A stretch of 62,804 bases of DNA, filler included, from Sphacelaria rigidula (taxonomy: Eukaryota): assembly GCA_964200075.2 (NCBI GenBank). It is 6 parts of 6 records of this genome, joined end to end, with 100 filler letters (N's around TTAATTAATTAA, not from the genome) between each part and the next. Parts side by side here need not be neighbours in the genome. Positions count along the whole stretch, not along the records: positions 31,456 to 41,839 come from CAXNAA020006602.1; positions 41,940 to 52,322 come from CAXNAA020006603.1; 4 more parts are not named here. One strand, 5' to 3'. Under the pieces are notes generated by a model. The model searched no databases. It was not told the DNA's origin and saw nothing but the letters and a program-made list of their open reading frames with translations. How positions within the stretch are numbered: position 1 is the stretch's first letter; every line of letters starts with the position of its first letter. Below are positions 37,911-49,100 of this stretch, one piece after another. Both the position numbers and the translations under genes were made by a program.

Positions 37911-39853
37911 CTAGCCCCCGAATTGGTGCTTTCGTATGTACGCTTTGGGGGCACGGAATTCGGGCAACCCCCAAAATTATTTCTAAGGAGGTCGGGGGTC
38001 ATGAGGTCATCCATATGAAATTCATTGATCGTGACTTCAGGTCAGGGAAAGCACTGTTTTCTAGTTGAATGTCATTTACATGGTGAACCTCAAAAACAGA
38101 TCCAGGCTGTTATTAACAGGTCGGTCTACAGTTCGCAGCGATATGCTCGAGTCGAGCTGATTTGGTACACGTGACGACTTATGGTTGGAGATGCAAATGC
38201 AGGATATACTGCCTGCCCAGCTCGTACATACTTCCTCCGTGCCAAAAGTAAAGGTCCTTATGACAATAATAGAATACCTACAGACCGTTGACCGCGTCAC
38301 CGATGCAGAAAGCGATGAATTTTCCGAAATCTTCGGTGTCGTTTTATTCAAATTCGAAATATTTTTTCTTTTCTACGCGCACCTTTATGCATGCATGAAC
38401 GGCCGAAAAAGATCAGCCGACCCCAAAAAGGCCGTATTTTGCCCATATCAGGAAAACAGCGGAGAACATCAGTAACCCCCCAAAACTCCAAAATCGCGAA
38501 AAAACGTCGAAATAACCACATGCCTCCAATTCATCAGCTTTGTACGATACCCACGCCTCGTCCATAATCACTTGGTCACCCAGCTGCCTCCATTTGGTTA
38601 CAAAATACGCAAAAAAAAGTCGGAATTTTGCCGAATATGGTATAGAACGTGGTTGAAATAGGTCGAATTTGGCCATGTTTTGACCCACTAACTCTCAGCT
38701 ATTTCGGCTCAGATTGTTTTTGAGCGAGCATCAGCACACCAACAGCTTTTCGAAAAACCTAACTACAGCATCGTGGGCGACTCCGTTGGCGATATACGAT
38801 CTGCCCCCCATAACGGACTTTGCCTTTGGGACAACGGAAGTATAATGAACAAGAAGCGTCGCCGTTTTTTGTTTGAGGGGGGGGGGAGCAGCGACTAATG
38901 ATTTGAGTCTTTTTTTTTGTCTTGATAAGAAACGTTGCCAGCGTTGGTGCTGAGAACACGTTTCCGCTTACATGAATAATGTGAATTATTGTATGTTGGT
39001 CAAATAATCGTATATCTTTTAACTATTTTTGGGCGGTAGGAGCGCGCGTGGCAAGTTCTCGTTGTGGTTTTCGGAACCATTTAACAGCCAGGATGAGCCA
39101 TCGGCTGAAACGGGATGCATGGTCTTCAATCGAAAAGCAAACGTGAGCCCCACACTAGGCACCTTCATGATCAAAGGAGCAACACTTCGAGCTCCCGGGC
39201 GTTATATTGATATAATTTCCACCCTGAATCATGCTACGGTGGGGGGGGGGGGGAGGGGGTATTTTGGGCCGTTTCTTCCACGAAGTTCTGCTTGAAATCG
39301 TCGTTAACAGCAGCAACGGTTGTTCAAACGCGCTTGCTTCCGGTAAATGACGCTTGATCGTACTGCTTGACACCGCTTTTATCCAAATACAAGGGCACCG
39401 TGAGCGTGTTGGGTCGTCTGGAGCAATCATGAGTCCACTTTTTCGTGGAATCAAACATCCCCACCCACTCTTCTTGCGTTCTCTCTACGTTGTCCGCTAC
39501 GCGCCTTCGATCTCTTGGCCATTTCTCCGTTGAACTTTTATCGGGAGGAGCCCTACCCCTCCCCCCTTATCTCAGGATAAGGGTCAAGTACGAGAGTAGT
39601 AAAACGAACCAGGGTTCAGGTCACAGTCTCGTGAGGGAAGAAGGTTGCCCCTATCCCCCACGCATATCTTGGACAAAATCCGGACTTCTTACAGCTCAAA
39701 CATCGTCCATGTGTCTCGCTTTTATCTAGATGATCCGCTAACCCTCGCCCAGGCGTTCTCTTTTGTTTGAGTAATATATGTTGGGGGGCGTCTGCCGTCT
39801 GTCGGAAGACAGCACAATATCATGCGTGGCACTGTCCCCCTTCCCCCAGTATG

Positions 39854-40295
39854 CAACAGCCGATCATCCATTTTGAGGATGGAGCTTTTCTCTGAGGATA
39901 AAATCAGGAGAACTAAAATCTCCACATTCACACCAATTCTTCGAGATATGGTTCCATTCCTTCATCTGCTGGTAGCTATTGGCAATGACTACGTGCCATA
40001 CAATTTTGAATTCCGATGGTCGAAATTTGGGGGTCCCAGGTGAAGAAAATGATGGGCATTTCCGTGATCCCCGACCGGATCACATATACCCGACATTTTC
40101 TTTTTCACCCAGGATCCCCTAATTTCGGCCATCGGGATTCAAATTTGTATGGCGTGCAGTCGTTGCCAAGAGCTACCAGCAAATGGAGGAATGAAACCAT
40201 ATCTCGAAGAGTTGGTGTGGATGCGAAGATTTTGATTCTCCGGATTTTTATCCTCAAGAGAAAGCTCCATCCTCGAAATGGGTGACCGGCTGTTG
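39854..40295. repeat. 442-bp near-complete palindrome
   Basis: CAACAGCCG...GAGGATGGAGCTTT pairs with AAAGCTCCATCCTC...CGGCTGTTG. The centre is GTGATCC-ccgacc-GGATCAC. Confidence 0.92.
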
Positions 40296-40664
40296 TTATG
40301 TGGTATATTGAACAGAGAGGAAACAATGGCTAGACTACGAAATAGATGGTGCCCACGGACGGCGAAACACGGAGGGGACGAGATGTGTAAACGTTTTTGT
40401 GCATTGTATGGAAAATGCGTAACAGACCGTCAAATGTTGGACGTGTCTCTTACAGGAGTGGGAACAGTACTTCGCCATCGAAAGGGATGCATGGTCAACG
40501 GCCGAATGCTTCAAGGCAAGCTACAAATGAGTCTACCCACCACCCCCCCCCCGTATTAAAGCGAGAGACCCTACCAACAACTGGTCGTCGCGGTCCGAGT
40601 GATACGTCCAGTCTCACCTCTGCCCCCCCCCCGCCCCCTCCCCTGCATGCTCCCACGATGATAG

Positions 40665-41045
40665 GCCCTCGCCAAGAACGTGAATGTGCAAAACGCGAAC
40701 AAGGCAATGTCCCCTGGCATGGAAGTGAGTCTGTTTGACTGCCTCTCCGACGTGCCCGGTTGCCTCATCACGTACTGCTGCGGATGTGTCGTGGCAGGCT
40801 TCAATTCTGCCCGTCTCGACGATCGAGAATGTACGCCCTGCGACATCTTCGCCAACGACTACCAGACCCGTCAGTCAATGCGCGGGAAGTACGGCATGGG
40901 CTACGCCCCCCTACCCGATTTCATATCCCTCTACTGCTGCCACTTCTGTTTCGTCATGCAGACAGCGAAGGAACTGGCCCTGAAGAGGGGAGACGAGCCG
41001 GTTTACTTCGGAGAGGTTGGCATGAATATAATGGGTGACCGTTGA
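40665..41045 (+). CDS. PLAC8-family Cys-rich protein, terminal (or main) exon
   Basis: SLFDCLSD...CLITYCCGCVVAG...TRQSMRGKYGM...DFISLYCCHFCFVMQTAKEL fits the PLAC8 pattern (LFDC..D...C.....CPC...R..IR.KY.I....D.....CC..C...Q...E). A C-rich tract and TAG| acceptor precede it, and a T-rich putative 3'UTR follows. An in-frame ATG near 40707 is an alternative start. Confidence 0.85.
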   Translation, partial: ALAKNVNVQNANKAMSPGMEVSLFDCLSDVPGCLITYCCGCVVAGFNSARLDDRECTPCDIFANDYQTRQSMRGKYGMGYAPLPDFISLYCCHFCFVMQTAKELALKRGDEPVYFGEVGMNIMGDR

Positions 41046-41839
41046 ATGGTCTACTGTTGTTCTACTTGCGGGTACATATATTTTTTGTGTTTTGGCGGCT
41101 TGTTTGCGAGGGGGGAGGAGAAAAACGAAAACGATGGAAGAAACTCAGACATTTTTGTTTTTATGGCTTTTGTTTACAGTTGTATTTCCCCTCACTCTTG
41201 TTTTCTCCCTTTTTGTTTTTGTTTTTGTGGATGACGTACCTGAGCAACTAGCCAGTATGTTTTTAATTCAGTCTTGGATAATTTGCTTATAGATTTTTTG
41301 TCGCCGTTGTCAGATATTTTATTTTCGTCCCGTCCTTTATGGAATGGTGTGGGGCAGGCAGGGCCTGTATTGAAGATTTTTGAGGCGTTTTATGTCCTGC
41401 GATTTGTAGCTGCTACCCTGTGCTCTGGCAGGTAATTTTCATCTATCAAGTCGCAGGGTGTAAGTCGCCAAATTAATTATTATGCTCTTTTCAAGAGTTT
41501 ATTCCGGTCCCGTTAGGACAGGCCTGCACGGGGACTGGCAGGGGGTTCCCTGGATATGTAGAGACCACGACCCTTCGAGGAAGGTTCTCTTATCAAGGGC
41601 TCCGAAATATACGTTCGTGTGGATGTTGTACTCAGACCGGGTATGAAAAGATGGCGTTGTAAACACGTAACAAGCGGTGGCAATCGTTCGTGCTCCTGTT
41701 TTTTGCTCGATTGTGATTGTTCACTTAGGGGTGGGGGGGGGGGGGGGGGGGGGGGGGGGGGAAGGTTTTTTTTTTTTTTTTGTGTAGTTTTGGGTTTTGG
41801 AATTTTGGATGTTCTTTTTGGCTGTTTTTTTTTTTTTTT

Positions 41840-41939
41840 NNNNNNNNNNNNNNNNNNNNNNNNNNNNNNNNNNNNNNNNNNNNTTAATTAATTAANNNNN
41901 NNNNNNNNNNNNNNNNNNNNNNNNNNNNNNNNNNNNNNN
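41840..41939. other. Artificial contig spacer
   Basis: Same structure. Confidence 0.98.
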
Positions 41940-44371
41940 CACACGCTTTCCACGGTGGAAATCATACATTACGAAGAAAGAGCCCAACGCGTCGGGGATC
42001 GAACCCCCGTTCTCTCCACCCTAATTTGTATTCGGTATTGACACTTGCGTGTCCCTCGGTGGCTATTATAGAATCAGATAGAAATTCAAACTGCGCTTTT
42101 TTGTAGTGTGGCAAGCGTAGCAGTCTATGCCCGTGGTCGAACACGCTGGTTGAACTTTTGGGGCGCCGTCTGTGCGCTGCGAAGACTCACAGCTGCACTC
42201 CCGTAGGCCACAACTTGTGAAGCCCCTGTAAATGCCACGTCTTGTCCAGTGGTGGCACGGCCACCGCTTAGGATGGCCTCCACCCACTAAATATCAGTGT
42301 ACGGCACTGTACTGCAATCTGTGCTGTATACTCACGACAGTGGAGCTCATCATGTCACGCGCCGTCTATATCTCCATACGGTTATTCCTTGATTTCAGTC
42401 TTATCGGTTCTCTGGGGGTTCGTAGGCAATTTTGTGCCCCTGCGCGCGTGCCTCAACACTTGTTGTTGTGTCGTTGTCGTTGTCGTTGTTGCTGTCGTCG
42501 TCGTACTTGGCGCATATGCCGCGCTACCTCTGCAATATAGGGCATGCACCACACGTCCCTGCACGATATGGTGCTGTCCTGAACGGTTTTGTACAGTCCA
42601 GTACAGCGCCATACCGTGCTTATTGTTGTGATCATACTCCTATCTTGTCGTTGTTGTTGTCCTTGTTGTTGCTGCTGCTGTCGTCGTTGTCGTTGTGGTT
42701 ATCGCTGTCCTGTCACATTTACTCGTTTCCAGAAATCTAGCGCCCGTGGTTACAAAGTCAGGGTACCGAAAGACAGGATACAAGAAAGATTTAACAGTAC
42801 ACCCACGGACTGGGAAACACGGCGCCCCGAACGGCGGGGCTTTACACACGTCAGCATAAAGAAATGATATAATAGTCCACCAAAATACGGACAAAAATGA
42901 ACTACCAAGAAAAGATTGTCGGCTACATAGTACGTGGGCCGTGGGGGACCAAAAAGGCCAAAGTAGGGAAACTACATAGTTCGGCATACCGGATAACTCA
43001 GGACAGGCCAAGAAAAGGCAAGACGACGCAACAAGGTCCAAGTAAACGAGGCTACAAACAGGCCAGAGCAGCATGAGAAAAAAAAACAAACTAAGTGAAA
43101 CATACCAAACCAAGCAGAACAAATGACGAACCAGGGTGGAAGGAACGAAGAAGAAAAGGAAAATGAGGGCGGTTTCGTCAGTGCATCACAAACCTTGCCA
43201 CGTGCTCTGTCGCCTTCATCTTCGTTTCTTCTCTGGCAGTGGTGCAGTCGGGGTCCCCTCTGCTTCCCGTTTTTTCATTCTCTTCCTCCTTCCGCCCCCG
43301 TTCCCGGCTCACCTTGTTTTCGGCTCGTCCTAAGCCTCGCTCTCCCTCGTTCGTCTGTTTGTTCCATCTTCCGCTCTCTCCAAGCGTTGCTTCGCCGGTG
43401 CGTCCTGTTCTCGTCGGTGCCACTTCGCCATGAACCCTTCCACCCCCTTTCCACCTTGCCATGCCATTCTTCCGGTTCCTTGGCGCTCGTTTTCCTCTTC
43501 CCCACCTCCGTCGTTTATTCAACAGGGAAAAACCTGAGGTCCTGCCCTAGGCATTGCATCCGGTCGAGCTGTTGCCCCCCTCTGTACCCCTCTCCCCCTC
43601 CAACGTCCCCAGCATGTCGCGCTTCGGGAGATGGTCGCCTTCCATGCGCATGGCGAATCCTGCGAAGAGTGGTCTCGCTTGCGCACGATTGCCTCAAGGG
43701 TCTCCGTCCAGTCGGTCTTGAGGAGGGCCTTGGCGTATGACAGAGAGGGGTCGATACGCGTTCTATTGCTCCAAACGATGTAGTGCGTGAGGAAATAGCA
43801 GTGGGAACTGGGGTGCTTGCCGTATTGTTTGTTCAAAAGGGTCCACGTCGCGCGCCCGCACAGAAGGGCTCAACCACTGCGGCTTGGAGCCGCCATACCT
43901 TGAGCCGGGTGGGGGCGGCTCCCGACGGTTGTACATCGATCGGCCATTCCGCCTGTCGTATCCCCATGCCCGGTATAGGCGATTCGCCAACTCTGTATCC
44001 GTTTTTCCTTCCTTGGAAATAGTCCTCCCCCACGTACGCAGACTCGCCGCGCTTGTCGTATACCTGGCCACCGGCGTTGACCCTGAATGGGCACTCCTCA
44101 ACCCCTGTATGCAGCAAGCGCATGATCATTGTCTTTGGCTCCGATATCGTCAGCCCGAACAAACCGGAAACGTGCACGATGCCCGCGTTGTCGGCGTACA
44201 GCATGCCCCACAGCGTCTCCGCTGACTACACCGTCGTGACCTTTTCTCCTGTTCCCTTGGCTCTCTCTTGGTCTTGGCCATGCCCGCCGCCACCTCGCCG
44301 TCTTTGGCCACCTCTTCTAGTGACATCATGAGCATTGTGACGAAGAAAATATTCAACAGCAGTGGTGCCAG

Positions 44372-44711
44372 GTGTGTGTGTGTGTGTGTTGTCGTCCCAT
44401 CTGTTCTGGACGCCGGTCTACACCTTTCGGTATATGTGAGCGCAGCAGCCGGGGTCACACAGGAGGAAGGTCAACGCAGGAGCTTTTTCTTTTTTATTTG
44501 TTTTTCGTACCCCACCTTCCTTCTGCGGTGCTTGCCTTTTTCTTTTATCGCGAGAGGGGTTCTCAGCCGTCCCTTTCCCTCGTCGACCATTAAGTCGAAT
44601 TATGTGTACCCACGACATAGTCGCTCTCCACTGATTGGCATGGTGTGAGAAAAAATCCCAGATCACTCCGAGAATTGAACCCACGACCCAACCGTCAGAA
44701 GGTTTCGAGGT
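44372..44711 (-). mobile_element. 5'-truncated tRNA-SINE inserted into the LINE RT
   Basis: Homologous to ~526-850, with a (CA)n tail. Sits between GLRQGC and LAPLLLNIFF. Confidence 0.85.
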
Positions 44712-45817
44712 ACACCCCTGTCGCAGCCCCTGGCCCAGGTCGTCCATCCGCACACGCACCCCCATGCCGTCGTGGAATTGGCGGATGATCGCCAACATCA
44801 AGTGGGGTGCGCCGAATCGCTTGAGCACGCTCCACGGCAGCCGGTCGATGACGTCGAATGCCTTGGTGATATCAATAAACCACACGTACAGTTCCGTGCT
44901 CCTCTTCCCCGCCAGCTTGTGGAGTCGCTGCACCACACAAATCATGTCGCACGTCGCGCGGGTTGGACCGAAGCCGTTTTGCTCCTCCGGAAGGATGCCC
45001 TAGCGGTCGCGGTAATTGCTCAAGCGTTTGGCAATGAGCTTGTGTATCACTTTTCCAGCGTGTCCCACGAGGGAGATGCCCCGGCAGTTGCCGCACTTCG
45101 CCGTGTGCCCATTCTTGAACAGCGTCTTCATGGTGGCGTCCTTCCACTGCTGGACCACTCCCGTCTTTGACATGGTGGCGACATGATTGAATCGATATAG
45201 GTCTTGGGTTTCATCGAGGAGTAGTTTGATGAGCTCCGCGGAGCTCATCCAGCCCTGCTGCTTTCCTTTTGTCCATTCTCCGTATCGCTCCCTCGATCTC
45301 GAACCCGAAACGGTATATCGAGAGGTACGCACTGGGGCCCCCGCTCCATCTGCTCGGTCATTCGCGGGTTGAGGGTTCGCATCTTGGTTTGAGGAGTGCG
45401 TTCAGCCGCCTGGGCTACCATGCGAGGATGAGCACGGGGTCTTGCAGCAGCTGGTCGTCCTCGTCCTTGATGATCTGCGAGGTGAAAAATCGTTTGCTGT
45501 GCACGTCAAGCCCCTCTGTGCTGACGAAAACCTGGGTACTGTTCCGAAGTCGACCTGGACGGGAGCTCTGCGGAAAGCAACACATTTGCCCGTACGGTAG
45601 CGGCACATGGACAAACGTCGTTGCCGCTAACTGAAAGAAAAAGAAACCCCGAGGATGACTCAAGTGTCGAACTAACTGCTCTTAATTTTTTTCTCCAACT
45701 TCCGATGCCCACGCGCTTAGTGTTCACCCCAAACCTAGCCGAGTCGAGCACATCCTGGAGGGACCGAGAGCTAAGGATAGCATGTGATATGGTCTGCCGT
45801 TCGTCCTCGGCTGCTCA

Positions 45818-46109
45818 ATTTGAACTGCGCTCATCCCTGAGAGGAAGTTGATGCCTTCAGAAACGTGTCGAAGCCGACATGGCCCACGAGGTCGGTACCA
45901 TACGCGCTGCCAGCGGCAACCTCGGATTGTGTTCATGTTGAACCTAGCCGTGTTGATCACGTCCTGAAGGGGCGGGACGAGGTTCAACGTAGACACAAAC
46001 CCGAGGTTACCGGTGGAAGCCCGTATGGTACAGACCTCGTGAGCCATGTCGGCTTCGACACGTTTTTTGAAGACACCAGCTTCCTCTCGGGGATGAGCGC
46101 AGTTCAAAT
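45818..46109. repeat. 292-bp palindrome inserted in the LINE
   Basis: ATTTGAACTGCGCTCATCCC..GAGAGGAAG pairs with CTTCCTCTC..GGGATGAGCGCAGTTCAAAT; the loop is short. Confidence 0.88.
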
Positions 46110-49100
46110 GACTTGCTGAGGTGGGATATCACGTTATATCGTATGCCATCCTCATGATCTGATGAGCCGCGAGATTGCTTCTGTGGCGATATGGAGGACG
46201 TATTTGACGAGGTCGAAGAGCATTTCAAGCTGAACTGTGCCCGTTCTCGAGATTAAGACGGCGTCTTTGAAAAGCAAGGGCCGCAGGTGACACGCTCAGA
46301 TTCTCGGCACGTGCGAGCGAAACGTTAACATCATGTTCTACCCTACGCCAATATACGTCCGTTCCCATTTCCCCCCGTCACAGAAGCCTGCGTGGTGACC
46401 AAACGGCAAACGAGCTCACTTCCCACCGGCGAGCTTGCGTATAAACAGCTACCGCAGGCATCTGTGGCGGGGGAAATAGGCACGGGCGTATATCGGTGTA
46501 GGGTAGAACGTAACGCTGACGTTTCGCTCGCCCGTGACATTAGTCGGAATGAGCGACGAGCAGTGCCCAACAGGAAAATGCCGAAAATCTGAATGCCGGC
46601 GAGCGGAAAGGCTGCGAATCAAATTCAAACCATATTTCTCGTGTAGCTCTCGACTTCGCCTAACCCTCGACGACAAACATATGTTGAGGCCTACCGTCGC
46701 GTTTATTTCAAGCTCGAGGCACCAAAAATATTCACGCTTGGTTGTGGGTACTCTTCACCAGACGTGCAACCCAGGGTGGCTCCGCCGTGAGGCTGGAAGG
46801 CCTGGGATTCCTCACCACTCGTATACATGTTAGATATGTGGCAACATCGAATGTCTTCATTTTTGCTGCCTGGAAAATACCCAACAGCTTTCATCGCGCA
46901 ACTGTACCATTTGTACAGGCGTGCTTATTCAAACATTTTGCCCCCCTTGTTGATGCACGGCATCAAGCATTACTCACAAAAAAAACTACGTAACCCGATA
47001 TCATCGGGCAACTGTTGTTGTAATCAAGGACCTCAGCAAACATTATGGTCATACAGATATTACAGTTGAATTTTATCACAGTGCGGCGCGGCGCGGTCCG
47101 GTGCGGTGCATTTTTTGGGAACCGCGCGGTTGGTTGAGCTCGTCCGCTGCTGTCTTCGGTTCCTTTCGCAGGGTGGTGTCCGCTGCGGCACCGTGAAAAT
47201 GTCACCAGACCGCCTCCCTCTTTCTCCACGCCTCGTGAGCCCCCCGCCACTTCCTCGCTCGCACACCAGCCATTCGGTCCTCGTGCACTTTGTCCGAAGG
47301 CGGTCTCCGCGGCTGCAGATAACACGGTATCCGTGAGCGCCGTGGCCATCTCGTCCACCGTCAGTCATGGCATGGCGAAGAGAGAGTAAAGGGTGTCCTC
47401 CGCCTTCAGCCGTTCGAGACTGATGACGCGTCCGCCGCCGCTGTCGTTGCCTCTATTAAGTCGGTTGGGGACATTTCGGCGGCGAAGTCGAACGACAGCG
47501 TACCCGAGGTTGTGGTCTGAGTCCTCGTAGTCACGGCGTACTGGGACACTGTGCACAAGTCTCAGGTCCGCTTGCCCGATGGTCATAAAGTTGAAGCGAC
47601 GCTGTTCCTTCCCGCTGTTGGCCTGTTGGGACGTGTGTGAGGCTCCGCCCTTGGGTGTTCAGGAGAACGTGTTGGCGACGGAGAGTTCCTTGTCCCCGAC
47701 GAAATCAAGCAGTCGTCTCCCTTTGTCATCCAGCGTATCACACCCGTACGCATAAAGAATCGTGGTATCACTACACCCATTTTCTACGAGCGGGGCCAGC
47801 CTATAAGCGGATTTGTAGTTTGCAGGCTCATTCTCCCCTCAATTTTTAGGACACCCCCCTGAAAATTGACATGGACGATAGATGGGGCATGAACAGAAGA
47901 GAGAAAAACCGACCTAATTTTTTTTTTTTATGATTTAAGGGCATTTTATCGAGACCTGAACAGTGATTGTGGCCTCTAACCCATGAAAGAAAAAAAAAAT
48001 GAAGCCTGCCTATCCTTTGCTAATTATGCTCTATTCATTGTCCGTGCTAAGATTCAGGTGCCGAATCGAAAGATTGAGGTGAGAATGGGCCGCTAACCGC
48101 GTCGGTAGAAATTCGGAACAGTATTTTGCAAGCCACCCACCAGTCCACGTTTGATGTTTGTGTGTTGAAATTTGGTGCGGGACCTCGCTAGGGAATAACG
48201 AACCAAAAAATGTGTGTCATGTTGGTATTTATTCATTTTTTCACCAATCTATGGCGTGCAGTATGATCACCATTATTTCACGAAAACGCCCGAACCTCTC
48301 CCGAAAAAAAACGTGAAAGGCCATTTTTTGCTTTGTTCAACATACCTCTGTGGTTCTCCATGCTAAGTTTCAAATCACTGTTCTAAAAATTGAGCTTAGA
48401 AAGTGATATAAGGCCCAAGACCAATCAATGTTCATTTCTCGTCAAAACTCCCCTGAAAATACGAAAAATACAAAACAAAATGAAAATGAAAGCCGTTTTT
48501 TATTTTATTATGCACGAGCGGTTCTCCACACGAAATTTTAAAGTACAACTATCAAAAACTGGGATGCGGTATCCAGATTTAGTGCATCTCGTGCCCTGCT
48601 TGCATTGTATTGATTTCAGTATGGAACCTTATGTGCGCCATATCTCGAGGTAGATAACGAATTAGGTGAAGGTGAGGGTGTCTACCGTCTCCCCGTGCTC
48701 CAGGGAATGTGCACATAAAAAATCTTCGTCATCCGCTGGATGTATTGTTTGAGGTTTCATATTCTCCATAGTCGATTGTAGCATAGACGCTCTCTCCGTA
48801 CGGTATAGGAATTACTAGGCGTGGGGTTTAATCAGCAAGAAAGTATTGGCCAAGACTCTTGAGCAGATTGACACCTTCCCCTTGATCAGACTAGTAATAC
48901 GATATGCGGATCACGTCCCAACTCGTCTGTGTCGATAATATATTGCTTTGAGAGCTCAAATCCGTTTCTAGGCTGACCCATCCCATACATATCGGAGAAT
49001 TGGCGCCAATCATGACCCACGAGGCGGTTACCGCGAGGCATTTGCTGCATTCCACAACTGGTCTTTGACAGCGGTATCACTGTTTTATGTGGGTGCGTAC

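Larger units (their letters stand above)
36542..38234. mobile_element. Long-TIR element (about 320-bp arms) carrying two nested insertions
   Basis: GAAGTATGTACGAGCTGGGCAGGCAGTATATCCTGCATTTGCATCTCCAACC (36542) is mirrored at ~38183-38234. The arms pair through to GGGGGTTGCCC. Confidence 0.85.

Noticed and set aside
41728..41839. G-run and T-run as a G-quadruplex or regulatory site
   Set aside because: Homopolymers at a contig end are likely low-quality sequence.
42382..42867. Cys-, Val- or Thr-rich ORFs
   Set aside because: Products of (GTT/GTC)n microsatellites.
43123..43740. 205-aa plus-strand ORF
   Set aside because: Antisense shadow of the LINE 3' region with low-complexity composition.
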